A stretch of DNA of 63,573 nt, counting the filler, from Rhabdomonas costata (taxonomy: Eukaryota), in NCBI GenBank assembly GCA_019059605.1. It is 51 parts of 51 records of this genome, joined end to end, with 100 filler letters (N's around TTAATTAATTAA, not from the genome) between each part and the next. Parts side by side here need not be neighbours in the genome. Positions count along the whole stretch, not along the records: positions 37,468 to 38,616 come from JAHMHO010026227.1; positions 38,717 to 39,864 come from JAHMHO010026228.1; positions 39,965 to 41,112 come from JAHMHO010026229.1; positions 41,213 to 42,359 come from JAHMHO010026230.1; positions 42,460 to 43,607 come from JAHMHO010026231.1; positions 43,708 to 44,855 come from JAHMHO010026232.1; positions 44,956 to 46,103 come from JAHMHO010026233.1; positions 46,204 to 47,353 come from JAHMHO010026234.1; 43 more parts are not named here. The stretch is one strand, 5' to 3'. The first letter of the stretch is position 1; each line of letters begins with the position of its first letter. The translations under genes and the position numbers were made by a program. The notes beneath the pieces were generated by a model. It was given only the letters and a program-made list of their open reading frames with translations. It did not search any database and had not been told where the DNA came from. Positions 37,682-50,248 of this stretch are shown here, piece after piece.

Positions 37682-39058
37682 GCGGGTGAGATTGACATGC
37701 GAATGGAAAGTGAGAGAATAAGAGTCATTGGTGGATAATTGTGTCATCCTTTGTCTGGGCGTGGTAACCCTGCCCATCAGAACCCAGAAGGGCCAGAGCA
37801 GGCGCCAGCGGAGAGATGGGAGAACTGACTACTCGAGTTGTGGTGACGTCTCCCCAATTCCGCTCTTTACGCCTCGATCCCTTGCGTTTTATTGTGCGTC
37901 ATACTTTCTCTTTGGGACGCCTTTTCAGATGAGACGTTGGAGGTGATGCCACACGGGACTGAAGTCCTATTCACCTCCACGCTCAATGGGGGCAGGGGGA
38001 GGGGGCCATGCATCCCTGAGAGCATGTGTTTTTCTGTTAATATGTGAATACGTGCAGACGGATTGGTATGTCCTGGCATAGATCTGTCAGCGACTGGGCG
38101 GTTTCCGTTGTTTTTTTTTTACAGGAGTTGCTTTGAACGGGTAGTGTGGCTGCACAGGGCGTGTGGTTGTACATGGTGCGGTGGTACGCCTTTCTCTTCC
38201 CCGTCAGTTGCACACGAGACGTACCCCACCACCTCATGCACCTTCTCCCCCATCCAACGCCACCACACGCCGCCACGCTGCGGTGCATATTTCACTGTTA
38301 TATGTGGTCCCACTCCCAGTGCTTCCCGTCAGCACTTTTATGTACTGGCAGTATATGTTTTGCCACCTCAGTGTGGGTGATCTCTGTGATCATTTTTCAC
38401 AACTCTGTCGCTGCAGCAGGAAACGCAACCTTCGAATTGCAGTCGTAATTGGAAATACTCCTTACATTTCTCTCACGCATGGGAGAGCGCCAAAGTCAGC
38501 GAGACATGATTTATTAAGCTCTCCAGAGAATGCCATGACAGAGGTAAATAGTAAGCCGCTTATTCCCAGACCCGCATGACTTTAATGAACCAAAACCACC
38601 CAACACACACAAACAANNNNNNNNNNNNNNNNNNNNNNNNNNNNNNNNNNNNNNNNNNNNTTAATTAATTAANNNNNNNNNNNNNNNNNNNNNNNNNNNN
38701 NNNNNNNNNNNNNNNNGGGGGTGGGGGTCAATACACGTGTAACATCTCAGACCTTTGTTTGTTGGGCTCCAGTGAACAAACGGGACCAATTTAGTTTAGG
38801 CCGCTCCCTCGCATCATAATCGCCGCAGTTCCTGATAACGGCTGTTGACTCATGTCAAGAACACCCATCCATATTACCACCGCTAGGGGTTACCCAAGTC
38901 ATCAATCCCTGTCGTCAATCCATGCAGAGCTCTTCTTCATTCTTTGTTTGGTGCACTCCGCCTCTGCGCTTGTATCTTGACATCTCTCGAATGGTTAGCA
39001 CTGCTGCCCCCCTGAAGTCTCGCTTTTAATTATAGTGAGTCCGAATTCATTCTAGAGG

Positions 39059-39130
39059 GCGAAGCTGAAGCGGGTCCGGGGTCTTTTGTGTCTACAGCGG
39101 GCCTCCCAAACGCTGTGTGGCTGGTCCTTG
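39059..39130 (+). repeat. Dispersed repeat family C copy
   Basis: Homologous to 36927-36997. Confidence 0.8.
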
Positions 39131-39964
39131 CACCGCGTTACCCATCCGTGCCCCTTGGCTTCGACTCTATACCCGCGCAAGGGGGCCCAGGCATATGGCT
39201 CTCGGCCGCCTGGTACTCACCATAATCACACAGTCGATGTTGGGCGGGATAACGCCCACGGCAGCTAGAGCTGTGTGTCGCATCTCAGAACTGGGTATGG
39301 AGCTAACTGGGGTTTCTTGAGAGATTCCCCCCACGTGCCCCAGAGTCCTTGATAGCACCCCCCATGAAAAGGTTGCGGGGAAGACCGGAGTCCGCTGCAG
39401 GGGTGGCCCGAGGCGGGGAGAGGCAGTGCAGCATGGCCGCCAGGGAATCCGCGGACTTGCGGCGGCGCAGCCAGTGCGAATGCGGGCTGGGATGCGCCTG
39501 AGCTATGTCACACATCTCGGGAACAAAAAATTTGGGGAAAGGGAGGGGAAAGGGGGGAAAACGAGAATGCGGTAGATCGAAAAGCGGCAAGAGCACAGCA
39601 GAGCTGCGGGGGAAACGTGAAGCGCCATGTCAAGAAACTGGAGAGGTGATCTTTTCCTTGTATCCTCCCAATGAAACGTTCTCATCGACTTGTTGAAGTC
39701 TTCCCTCATCATCCAACTTGGAGCCTCTTTCTCCTTGCTTGCCCCCCAGCATTGTTCCTACCTCCTTTTGATCTTCGCAACTATCCCCATCTATTCACCC
39801 GTCAGCTTTTGCAAACGCGAGTAATGTTGCATTGCATTACAGATAGACGCTGAACACTCTGGTGNNNNNNNNNNNNNNNNNNNNNNNNNNNNNNNNNNNN
39901 NNNNNNNNTTAATTAATTAANNNNNNNNNNNNNNNNNNNNNNNNNNNNNNNNNNNNNNNNNNNN

Positions 39965-40000
39965 CAGCCAGCGCGCGATGCGCCCAACACACGCACACAC
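39965..40000 (+). repeat. Repeat family B, 3' end with CA tail
   Basis: CAGCCAGCGCGCGATGCGCCCAACACACGCACACAC matches the end of 54559-54684. Confidence 0.75.
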
Positions 40001-40233
40001 ACTCCTCCTATGCAACTTGTCGGCTCCTGTATGTTCAGCTGAGCATTAGAGCCAAGATGAGCACTGAGTATATACCGCAGGTCAGAGACAGTGTAGCAGG
40101 CCGTCGAATGGTAGGAGGTGAGGCCCTTTATCCGAAGTGAATAAGGCCGCCGCTCCGACCCTCCAGGCAAGATGGAGCGAGGCTCAAGGGGGAGCGAGGA
40201 ATCATCACCGAACTCCTTTCTTTTACCTCTCAG

Positions 40234-41058
40234 GAAAGAGCTTCGTCGGTGCCAAGGTTGCCGAGACCATCACCAGGCTGAGGCAGAGCAGTGCGTCGTC
40301 GTCCACTCCATTCCCTCCTGTGGTGTGCATCGCTCAGTCGCTCAGCTCATCTGTGGCGAATTATTTCAACTTGCCCGCTGCCTTGCGACTTTTAGCTGAG
40401 GCACTTCCCTTCCAGCTTTCTAGTATCCTCGTTTGCTGTGCACACGAAGGCCTCGCTCATTCTTACTTCTTCTTCTTCCTTTCGAGAGCCCGATCCGCAC
40501 GTGCTCGTGCAGGTTAGACTGACCTTTTCAAACGTTTTTGCACAGTTCCGTACCATTTCGCTCCTTGTGGTTGTCAAAACTTTTACCGGCTGTTTTTTTA
40601 CAGGTGGTCGTGACATACAAGAACCATGCCCTGGATGAGTTTCTCATGCGGTGCTTGCCCTTCACCAGCAACGTGTGCACACCTCCTGCTTGGAAAGAAT
40701 TTCCAATCCGAATGTGTGGCGAGAATTGCGAGTTGGTTACCACAGCGGCGGGATTTTTCAGAGCGGCCCTCCATTACGCAAACTTTTCTTTTGTTTCTTA
40801 TCTGAGCTTCTTTCCCCCTCCTTTTTTTTACCTTTTATTTCTTCTCCGGTGTGAATGGTGTTTTATCATTTGCGACGTCCGCAATTTCTTTTCGGTGCGC
40901 CTTGTTGACTGTTCTTCTTTCATTTTGATCCGTCCTTGAGGTCTTGTTTGTGTGACCGTTGAGCACACGGATGCAGAACAATGTTTTTCGCCTGGCTCCT
41001 TTGCGACCCCCGTCACTGCAGGTGGTTCGCGTGGGTGGCAACTCGAAGTCCAAGGAGC
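40234..41058 (+). CDS. ZNFX1: ZNFX1-like (UPF1/NAM7-family SF1) helicase fragment (exons 40234-40290, 40604-40672, 41022-~41058, probably one more mini-exon)
   Basis: (G)KSFVGAKVAE, VVVTYKNHALDEFL and VVRVGGNSKS match ZNFX1 GKT.VG.KI, VVCYTNHALDQFL and IVRVGGRS. Confidence 0.8.
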
Positions 41059-41102
41059 CAGGCGAAAAACATTGTTCTGCATCCGTGTGCTCAACGGTCA
41101 CA
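40951..41102. repeat. Perfect 51-bp inverted repeat at contig end (40951-41001 / 41052-41102); fold-back artefact
   Basis: The second arm starts inside the helicase exon at AAGGAG microhomology and replaces its continuation. Confidence 0.92.
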
Positions 41103-42459
41103 AAAACAAAACNNNNNNNNNNNNNNNNNNNNNNNNNNNNNNNNNNNNNNNNNNNNTTAATTAATTAANNNNNNNNNNNNNNNNNNNNNNNNNNNNNNNN
41201 NNNNNNNNNNNNTGTGTTGGGTCACAAAAAAGGAAACGCCGTTCCCCCCCTTCAAAAGCAGCGGCGCAATTTTCCCCGCACACACGATGGTGTCAACGAC
41301 AACAATTATTAGCGTATATGTCAGGCTGATTCAGGATATAGTTGGCGGGTTTTCAACAGTAAAATGAGAATGCCTCGTTTTGGCTCAAACGAGGTGGCGA
41401 CAATCTCGTTAACTTAATCCCACCCCAACCGAACAGCCATCGATGACAATCGACAGCATCGGATGCAATTGCATGGAGCCCCTGTGTACCACCACTCAAA
41501 CCAGCCAAAAAGGTTGTGCATTAGAAAAGAGCCAGAGGTTATTCAGAACTAGTGGTTGAAAAATTTTAGTTCTTCTTTTGTGCAACAAGGTTGAATAAGC
41601 ATATCCAGCAATCCCACTTTAACTGAGCGTCCACGCTGCAGCTGCCAGAGCTGAGAAAAACCGGGCAAAGCTTACAAGGAAATTGGGGAGGTGCTCCGGC
41701 ATGCAAAGTTTTGCGTCTTCTTTTGCATGCGGAGAGAGAGAAGCTGCACAGGCACGTAGAAGGAGGGTTATCGCACAAAGACGAACAGGCAAAAAAAAGC
41801 GGAGGTGGGAGTGGGAGGAAGAAAACCACAGGTAAAGCCACAACAATGAGGAAGTACAGGCAAAATAAACAAAGTGGAACAACAGTCACAGAACACAATC
41901 GCAGCGGGAGCCGCACACCCCCAGATCCTCAGTGACCCAATGCACAGACCCTTTGCCACAAGAAGACCACGCACGCACACACAAGCGCAGCACAGGCGGT
42001 AGGCGGAAACTGTTCGCGCCCCCTGCCGCAGACGTTCTGGAAAGGGGTGGGAGGGGCAGCCGTGTCAACACGCTGGACTGGACACGATGCGCACAGCGTC
42101 CTTCACTGCAGCCAAAGGGGCAGGTCGGATTTCGCCGCGGGCTTCGCGCCACCTGAAGAACGATCGGCCAATAACATCCCGAAACATCGCTGACTGCGAA
42201 AAGAAAAGACAGCAAACAAAATCATTGTCTTTTCTCAGGGACATAAAATCTGGAAGCTGTGCCCGTTTAATAACACTGACGGGCATCTTTTAAACCTATT
42301 TGGCTGCATATTCAACGTTACCACAGCGCAGTGTCCGCAGTGTCTAAATACAAAAAAACNNNNNNNNNNNNNNNNNNNNNNNNNNNNNNNNNNNNNNNNN
42401 NNNTTAATTAATTAANNNNNNNNNNNNNNNNNNNNNNNNNNNNNNNNNNNNNNNNNNNN

Positions 42460-43157
42460 GGGGGTTTTTGGGCCGGCCACGGTGGGCGTGTTGCAGGGAA
42501 AGTGCCCCACATTTGACATCTGGGGGCGAACTCTCACCCTTGCTGCCCGCCTGGAGGTATGCAGGACTCCGTACTGAGCCATACATAGAATGCTGCATCT
42601 GGCCGAAAATGTTCCACTACGTTCCCCCCCTGCCCCCGCGCTAGGGGCGTGTTCCTTTTGTTTCCACACTGGAGATGCTTTGTCAGACAACGCGTTTTGA
42701 ATGCTGATGCTGTATCCCACGCTGGCCGGAAATCCGTACCTCCGCTCCACACTCCAAGGGTGCTTTGCGCCCCAGGTAGGTGTCGGTTGTTTGAGGAGCT
42801 CCTCCTCTCCTCGAGTTTGGTGTTCTAATGTGCATCTCTTTGATGCTGCGTTGCTACCGCCTCTGGTGACGAAGGTTTGCGATGCGGCCTGATTGCTATA
42901 GCTTTTTTGCGAGCAACGCTCTCTGCGCTTTGGTTGTTTGCATGGGCAGGCCACCAGCCGTCCAGGGCTGATCCAGGTCTCGGAAAACGTCTACCAGGCA
43001 GTGGTGGGGCTGCCCGAGTGCCCCTTCATATTTGACAAGCCCCGGCCAATGGCAATCCGTGACCTGGGCACCGTTACGGCATATTTTCTCAAGACCGCCG
43101 TGCAGAACCCCCCAAAGGCGCTCCTGATGTCTCTGAGTCTAGAGTCCAACATGGGAG
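42460..43157 (+). CDS. Class III cyclase domain, C-terminal half (exons 42460-42556, 42950-43157)
   Basis: FGPATVGVLQGKCPTFDIWGRTLTLAARLE|ATSRPGLIQVSENVY...FIFDKPRPMAIRDLGTVTAYFL. Confidence 0.88.
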
Positions 43158-43994
43158 GTACCAGGGGAACGGGCGCTTCGGCTTTCATTCGATGACGGTT
43201 TAGAATTTTGACACTGGCACTGACACTTGCAGCGTCTGCTGCACGTGATTCAAGTACGCTTATATGCGTTTGCTATCCGCCGGAGTGGCGTTTTTTACGC
43301 GGTTTCTTGATTTTGGTTTTGATGGTTATTTATCATTAATGCATATCAAAAATGTTCGAGACCAACCCGTGATCAGGTCATCTGAACCTGACGCGTGTCT
43401 ATGTGCCCTGCGCGAGAATGCGCATCCGCAAGGGTCTTTTTCCAGCACACCCTTTCCCATTCTCTACACTTCCCTTTACCCCCACCTCCAATTGAATTCA
43501 GAGTTCCACTTCGATCTGTCGGAGTCCTCTGGGAAGCCCACTGCACAGCCCTACCACGTACCGCCCTCGCCCTCGCCCTCGCCCTCGCCCTCGCCCTCCC
43601 CACCAACNNNNNNNNNNNNNNNNNNNNNNNNNNNNNNNNNNNNNNNNNNNNTTAATTAATTAANNNNNNNNNNNNNNNNNNNNNNNNNNNNNNNNNNNNN
43701 NNNNNNNAAAAGGGAAACTGAGAATGACAGCAATGCTGTGAAGCATGATCATGTTTTTCTGCTTTCTTTCCTTCCGTTAACTGCAAGTTCAGCTGAAAAT
43801 CAAATACCCCTTGTCCAAATTGGCAAAAAAAACCCAGTCCCCAATGAAAAGGTCAATAACTCTTTTCCAAGGAGGACTTCAACTAAAACTCGCATCACAC
43901 ACAGCTATGGGGAGAAAGTAACTTGCCTTCCTATTATCGGTGATCATTTCGGGCAGGTGAAGCGGAAGGGAGAAAAAGGCACAGAAAAGCAAAC

Positions 43995-44240
43995 CTGAGG
44001 GGAGAAAGGCGGCTGCAAAGGTGGAAGGGGTGTGTCTGCCGACTCGGAGCGGCAGATTGATGGTAACTCGTTCAGGTTTCGCCTGGAAGGCGGGAAGTCG
44101 AATTGGGAATTTGGAAACCATTCGACCCAAACAATGAGAAACGCTTCAGCAATGAAAACATTCCTGCGCTTTGATGCTGGCTTCGGAGAACTGCTCCGAT
44201 TGTCCTGCCGCGATTCGGTCGAACAAATGACCTTGAGAAC
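43995..44240 (-). CDS. Hypothetical S/P-rich protein segment, possibly split by an 81-nt GA-AG intron (44163-44083)
   Basis: AG acceptor before 44240 and GT donor after 43995; internal T-rich 81-nt block begins GAATGT and ends CTTCCAG. Confidence 0.35.
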
Positions 44241-45350
44241 CTGTGGAGAAGTGTGTAGATTGACACACCACAAAGTAAAAAAGAAGAGCGACTTGTTTCT
44301 TTTCTCGTTCTTCGCTCTTTCATTTTACTCATAGGGACCGCCATCACAACCTCAAGAGTGAAGCAAGTTGGCTTGGTTTGCTGATAGCAGCCCCTCTTTT
44401 TAAAGCGGTGATTTAAAAAATTTTCCATGAAATATTTAATGGCGATCACTATAACAATTCACAGAGTCCTAACGCCGAAGTTCAGCAACAAACAGACAAT
44501 GCACAAGGAGGAACGAAAAGATGTGAAGGTGAAACAAAACGATTTGGCAGCAATGCAAGGTAGCAGTGCAGAGGAGGGCACTGAGCGGGAGCTATAAAAA
44601 TTCAATGTTTTGTGTGTATGTGTGTGTGTGTGTGTATGTGGAAACTCGAAAACGATCACACTTTAGAAATATAAAGGAAATGTAGCAAAGACAGGTTGAA
44701 ATGGCACATCGGGTCTCACTAAACAGATGATTGCGCAAGGGGAGAGGTGGAAAGCTGCTCAACATTTTGTTGGAGCAGCTTTGCCTCCGCAAGAAGTCTT
44801 TTCCTCAACGCTCGTTGTTCGTCAGCCATGTTCCCGGAAGAGGTGAGGAAAAACANNNNNNNNNNNNNNNNNNNNNNNNNNNNNNNNNNNNNNNNNNNNT
44901 TAATTAATTAANNNNNNNNNNNNNNNNNNNNNNNNNNNNNNNNNNNNNNNNNNNNTTTTGTGGTTCTTGATCCAGAAAATGCTGTGATTCCTGGAAGGCA
45001 GTCTACGTCTGTCCAGCTGCGGTGTGAATGTTTTTGTGTTGCGACCTCTTGTTTGTTTTGAAATAGCTGCCTCAGCTCCGCTTCTTTTTTCTGTGTTTCC
45101 ATGTTTGTCACCATCTTGCGTTCGTGATACTTTTGCCGGTTTGTTATCTGACACCAATCACTCGGTAATCTTCGTTTGAGGTGGTTGCGTCATAATTTTG
45201 CATTTTGCCGGAACGACGAAGTCAACGCATTGTATTCGGGTGACGGATTTGCTTTTTTAAAGAATTGGTTTTCTCTTACTTCCTTTCGGTTTGGAATTTT
45301 GGGAGGGTATTTTGTGTCGAACTTCCTGAAGTTATGTTGTTCTGACTTCC

Positions 45351-45941
45351 ATGGCCTCCATCTCCTATGAGAGTCTCAAGCAGAAGCGGAAGGAACTTTA
45401 TCAGACTCTGGCACACAACCACCGCGTCGTGGTTGTCACTGGTGCAACTGGCACAGGTTGTGTTCTTGAACGATGACATGATTTAAGGGCTGCACTAGCA
45501 GCCACACTGTTTTTTTTTTGAAACCTTAAAATGCGGCAGGAATCAGGATGACATGGCAACGACACCGACGCGTAGAAATATGCCACCGGTGGCGGAAGAG
45601 AAAGTGAAGCAGAGGTAGAGATTGGGTTGGGTAGCAGTGGTACCTCCACCGTCGCATGGCTGCGAAACTGCGCGTTGTGGCCGGTATTAGAGGTGCGCAT
45701 CATCATCGCATCATCGCTTTTCGGGATTTTTGAGGTGTGTATGGGGGAGGGTGACGTGTTCTGCTCTGTTATTCTCTTATTTGCAAGGCAAGTCCAGCTG
45801 CGTGCCCCTGTGGCTGCTGGACTACTGCGACTCCACAAAGGAGGCCAGGGCGGCCAATCTGCGCGGTGAGTCTCCTGTGGCGTTGCCCAAGCCCCAAATG
45901 CACCGTGTGCTGTGCTGCCAGCCCAGAAGAGTCGCCACCAG
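45351..45941 (+). CDS. DEAH/RHA helicase, N-terminal exons (45351-45456, 45788-~45941)
   Basis: RVVVVTGATGT|GKSSCVPLWLLD (motif I) and VLCCQPRRVAT (motif Ia). Confidence 0.88.
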
Positions 45942-46374
45942 GCGTGGCTCAAATATGTCGTTTTTTGTTGAATTATTTTGGCTTATTTTCACCATAAATA
46001 TTCCGGTATCTGGGATTTATTATGCTTCATCCCCCCAACCTCTGTCCTCCGTCCTCCGCCCCGCCTCCGCGAGCACTCACACGCATGATCTCCACAACCA
46101 CACNNNNNNNNNNNNNNNNNNNNNNNNNNNNNNNNNNNNNNNNNNNNTTAATTAATTAANNNNNNNNNNNNNNNNNNNNNNNNNNNNNNNNNNNNNNNNN
46201 NNNGTGTGTGTTTTTGTTCGTTCTGTAGTTGCGATAACTGGCAGCATCCTTTCTATCCTCCGACTCACTGACTCTTCCTGCAGATGCTCTCTTTCACTCT
46301 CTCCATTCCTCACTCCCTTTCTCTTTCTCACCTCACCCGCCGCGGTTGTGTGGCCAAACGCCACCGATTCTCAG

Positions 46375-47353
46375 GGACCTGCGGGGACTCTGTTGTGTCG
46401 GTTGGAGAGACTTGCGACCCTCCCGGCCCGTGCTGCTCGGCGATTTGCCAGTTCAATCCCGCGGGCACGGTGTGCCGCGGTGCGAAGGGCCTATGCGACC
46501 TCAACGAGACCTGTTCGGGAACCTCCGCGGTTTGCCCCGCGGACCAGGAATGTTCCCTGACCCACCCCAAAGCTTGTGAGTTGTGGCCCTGTAATATCCA
46601 GGATGCGTCCTTCTGTTCGGTTTCGGTGTGTGTGTGTGTGTGTGTGTGTGCACAACCCCGAAACCACTGTTTCTTCTGAGCAGGTTGCTTTTTGCAAATT
46701 ACCTGTTAAGGTGGTTGGGTTTTTGTCTCCGCAAAAAGGCAGACTTGCTAAAGTGTGGTTCTGGTTGTCGCCACAGATTCGCAGCAACGGCTACACCTGC
46801 CGCGCTGCCACTACGGGGGGCTGCGACCTCGCTGAGGTTTGCGATGGCGTCCACACGGACTGTCCCGTGGACGCCTTCATGAGCAGCTCCGTGGTGTGCC
46901 GTGTCTCCTCGGGCCTCTGCGACATCCCCAAAAAATGCAGGTACGCCCTCTCTCTACTTACTCACTCACTTATATTCACTTATTCGCTTTCAATCATTCA
47001 TTTACCCCTAACCTTCACCCCGCCCCTTCGTCGGTTTCCTGCTGTTCTTTTTTCCCATCATCCAGGTGGTGGCAGTTTGCGTTCCCATTCGAGGGTGCAG
47101 TACCTTCCGGTGAAGGGGCCACGTGGCGCCGGGCTAACTGACCCCCAAAAGTCGATAGGATGTAGGTTTTCAGAAAGAAAATTTCGCTGTTGAAAATGGC
47201 CGGGATAGGGTGGATGTGTCCTCTTCCCCATACCAGGGCTGGGGCCATGTGTTTTCTTTTGTGTGGTGGTGGTGGGTTTTCGTTTTCAGTGGGGTGACGG
47301 GTGCCTGCCCCCCGGATGCCATACTTCCGACGGGCACGAGCTGCCACACCACC
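46375..47353 (+). CDS. Cys-rich tandem disintegrin-like repeat protein (exons 46375-46547, 46777-46940, 47290-47353)
   Basis: CGDSVVSVGETCD...CC...C then repeated CR....CD..E.C.G....CP.D units. Confidence 0.85.
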
Positions 47354-47664
47354 NNNNNNNNNNNNNNNNNNNNNNNNNNNNNNNNNNNNNNNNNNNNTTA
47401 ATTAATTAANNNNNNNNNNNNNNNNNNNNNNNNNNNNNNNNNNNNNNNNNNNNCCCGGCTCAGCCGCCCGCTCCGACCGCGCTGACTGGCCTGCATCCCC
47501 AAATTACCTTTCCCACTCATCACTCACCCAACAAAACCGTGCACCAACAATTCCTAGTGCAAGTATCGCGCTGCGTCGGGTGGCCCACCATACTATCTGT
47601 ATGTATTTTTTGTATTACCCCAATTTTCCGCCCAACCGCCTCTGTTTGCAAATTTGCTCCGTAG

Positions 47665-48182
47665 GGCTGCCCTTCCCACCGAAGAGGCGATTGTTGCGAT
47701 GAGCATCAACCTCTTTGATGTGCGATCCATCACTCCCTCGGTGGCAGACACCAAGGGCGGAACCCCGATCACCATTCAGGTCTGTGTGTTGTGGGGGAAG
47801 TCCCCTCTGAATAGGGGATGGGATGGGTTTGGGGCTGGAAGGTATGGCGGTGCCAGAAGGATATCCAGCAAGGCCGTCTGCGCATCACTTTTCACCGCTA
47901 AACCGAGGAGTGAGTATATATCCTGCTCTCTTCGGTGTTTTGGCTTTCCTTCACTATAGAACGTACTACTACGTACCACCAGGGTAGGTGGAGGTGGACA
48001 AGCGAGCGTGTTTACCTTCTCAAGAGTGTGCACTGGGGTGTGCATTCCAAATTACCCTGGTTTTGGTGGCTTCCCCCTTCCAAGTTTGCGTTGGCTGTGG
48101 GAGATTGAATTGGCTCCCCTCACAGGGCACGGGATTCGTGAACTCCAACGCTTCTTCGGACCTGTTGTGCAACTTCGACAAC
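47665..48182 (+). CDS. IPT/TIG-domain protein fragment (exons 47665-47779, 48126-48182)
   Basis: VRSITPSVADTKGGTPITIQ|GTGFVN...LLCNFD. Confidence 0.8.
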
Positions 48183-48552
48183 GTGTGTTTGCCCTTTTTC
48201 GTTTTGAGAGGGGTTGCGAACGGTTACCAGTGACTAAAGAAAAGATCTGATGAAATGTTCCATATCCTGGAAATGAGTTTGTGTGAGATGGTCGCGTAAA
48301 CTGAGCGAGTACAACAGCATCAGTGTAGAGGCAGACCAACCTGAGGTGACGCCAGAGCTGGTTGGCTCAGGTGGGAACGGGCCTGGGAGGAGGGCGGGCT
48401 TTAAGAACATTTATCTTGCTATGCCCACAATGGAAATCATATTAGTACCCTGTGGTGGCCCCCCCACCCCGCCGAAAAAATAAAACACACAACAAAGGCC
48501 CGCGAACCGTGAGCAGAAGGGACCATATCGGCATCGCTCTCTCCTAAGTTAT

Positions 48553-48598
48553 ACCTCTCGCGAGCACCCGTGGCCACCACCGCGCTATGCGCCCCAAC
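48553..48598 (+). repeat. Repeat family B, partial copy
   Basis: ACCTCTCGCGAGCACCCGTGGCCA is identical to the other copies. Confidence 0.85.
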
Positions 48599-50102
48599 CA
48601 CNNNNNNNNNNNNNNNNNNNNNNNNNNNNNNNNNNNNNNNNNNNNTTAATTAATTAANNNNNNNNNNNNNNNNNNNNNNNNNNNNNNNNNNNNNNNNNNN
48701 NGGGGTTGGGGAAGAAAACATCGCGGTGGACACTTCCCTTATTCAGTTTTTTCTGGTGAAGTCATAAGTTGGACCAATCTGATTAACACTGCATAGCAGT
48801 TTCTCCCGTGCAAACCCAAATTCTGGCCAAAATGTTGATGTGGCTGAGGTAAGATTTCTTGCTTTAAAACACCAATAACATCGATTCACGATGTTTCTCG
48901 TGGTAAAAAAAAATCTCCAAAGATGTCCGTATCCGTCATTTTGGATGCGTTAGATGCAACCCACAGCGCCAATAGGAGGTCAAAAGAGAACGCGGAGGGC
49001 ATCTTTGCGCGGACCGATCATCACGGGGCGTCGTGCGGTGTCCGGGGAGTCGAACCCAAACATCAAGGGGAGAGCGTGCGAGGAGTTCACCACTTTGAAG
49101 CAGTACAGCATCAGCGCCGTCGAAGCCGCAGAGCACACGCTCTGCTTCCTAATTCCAGCAAAGAGGTAAATGCGGAAGGGGGGGGGGGCACAAGTTTTTT
49201 TGCTGGCCCACGTTGACAGAGTACAACCCCTGAAAGGAGACTGCGGGGCATGGAGCTCCTCCAACGGCGAAGGTGTTCCAGTTAATATGGAAAGTGGCGC
49301 GGGGGTGAAGGAGGAAGGGCACCGCTGAAATTTAAGCAAAGCATTTTCGAAATTCGTTTCCGGACCCGTTGTAAAAACGTTTAGCACCGCCAAATGCTTA
49401 GTATTGTGAAACGGTCAGCACTGCAAGACGTCTTTTTGGCGCTTTTATTCTTTTTGGCGGATTTTATTGGAATTGCCGCTGCTGGGCATTTTAGTTGCCG
49501 AGGCCAGATCGGATGGCTTGAGACATTCCATGGGGTGGGCGATGCTACATTTGGCTTTCGAAACGTTCTGCAGTACAAAAAGACCGAACTGGTAACTTCT
49601 TTGGTGATGTTATTTTTAGGGACAGAAATTCGGTAAACTAAGTTTACAACCACTAAGTGCATATTTTAGCAAACGGTTTTTCTGCCCCTAGACACACATA
49701 ATTTAATATAAGTGGGGAAAGGAAATTATGACCGTTTAGCAGTGCTAACCGCTTAGCGCCCCAAAGAAACTTCAAGCCCAAGCGTTTTGCGCCCCTCCTT
49801 TCAGAGGTTTTGCCTACTATGACGCTGAAGGTTGCCCCTCCCCACCACANNNNNNNNNNNNNNNNNNNNNNNNNNNNNNNNNNNNNNNNNNNNTTAATTA
49901 ATTAANNNNNNNNNNNNNNNNNNNNNNNNNNNNNNNNNNNNNNNNNNNNGGGTGTGGGTGGTAACCGTTACCACTGGTAACAGTCTTCTTATTTTGAAAA
50001 GTTGCTAAAGGACCCCAGGTCACGTCCCCGCCCCAGGCGCCCGCTCCGGTCCGCCTCGGACTATTTCGATAGGTCGAACCCATGCTCAATCTTGATTTAA
50101 AA

Positions 50103-50103
<1 letters not shown>

Positions 50104-50147
<44 letters not shown>
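50104..50147. repeat. (CA)n microsatellite; other simple repeats at ~12770 (TG), ~35306 (TTGC), ~43563 (CCCTCG), ~46626 (TG), ~54138 (CA)
   Basis: Directly visible. Confidence 0.95.
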
Positions 50148-50148
<1 letters not shown>

Positions 50149-50248
50149 TTGATCCACTGTCTGGGGTATGGCAAAGAAGAGGCACGAAGGAAACCCACCC
50201 ATCCGCACGCACACTCTCACAGGTACACAGCAGAATATCAAAAGGCAC

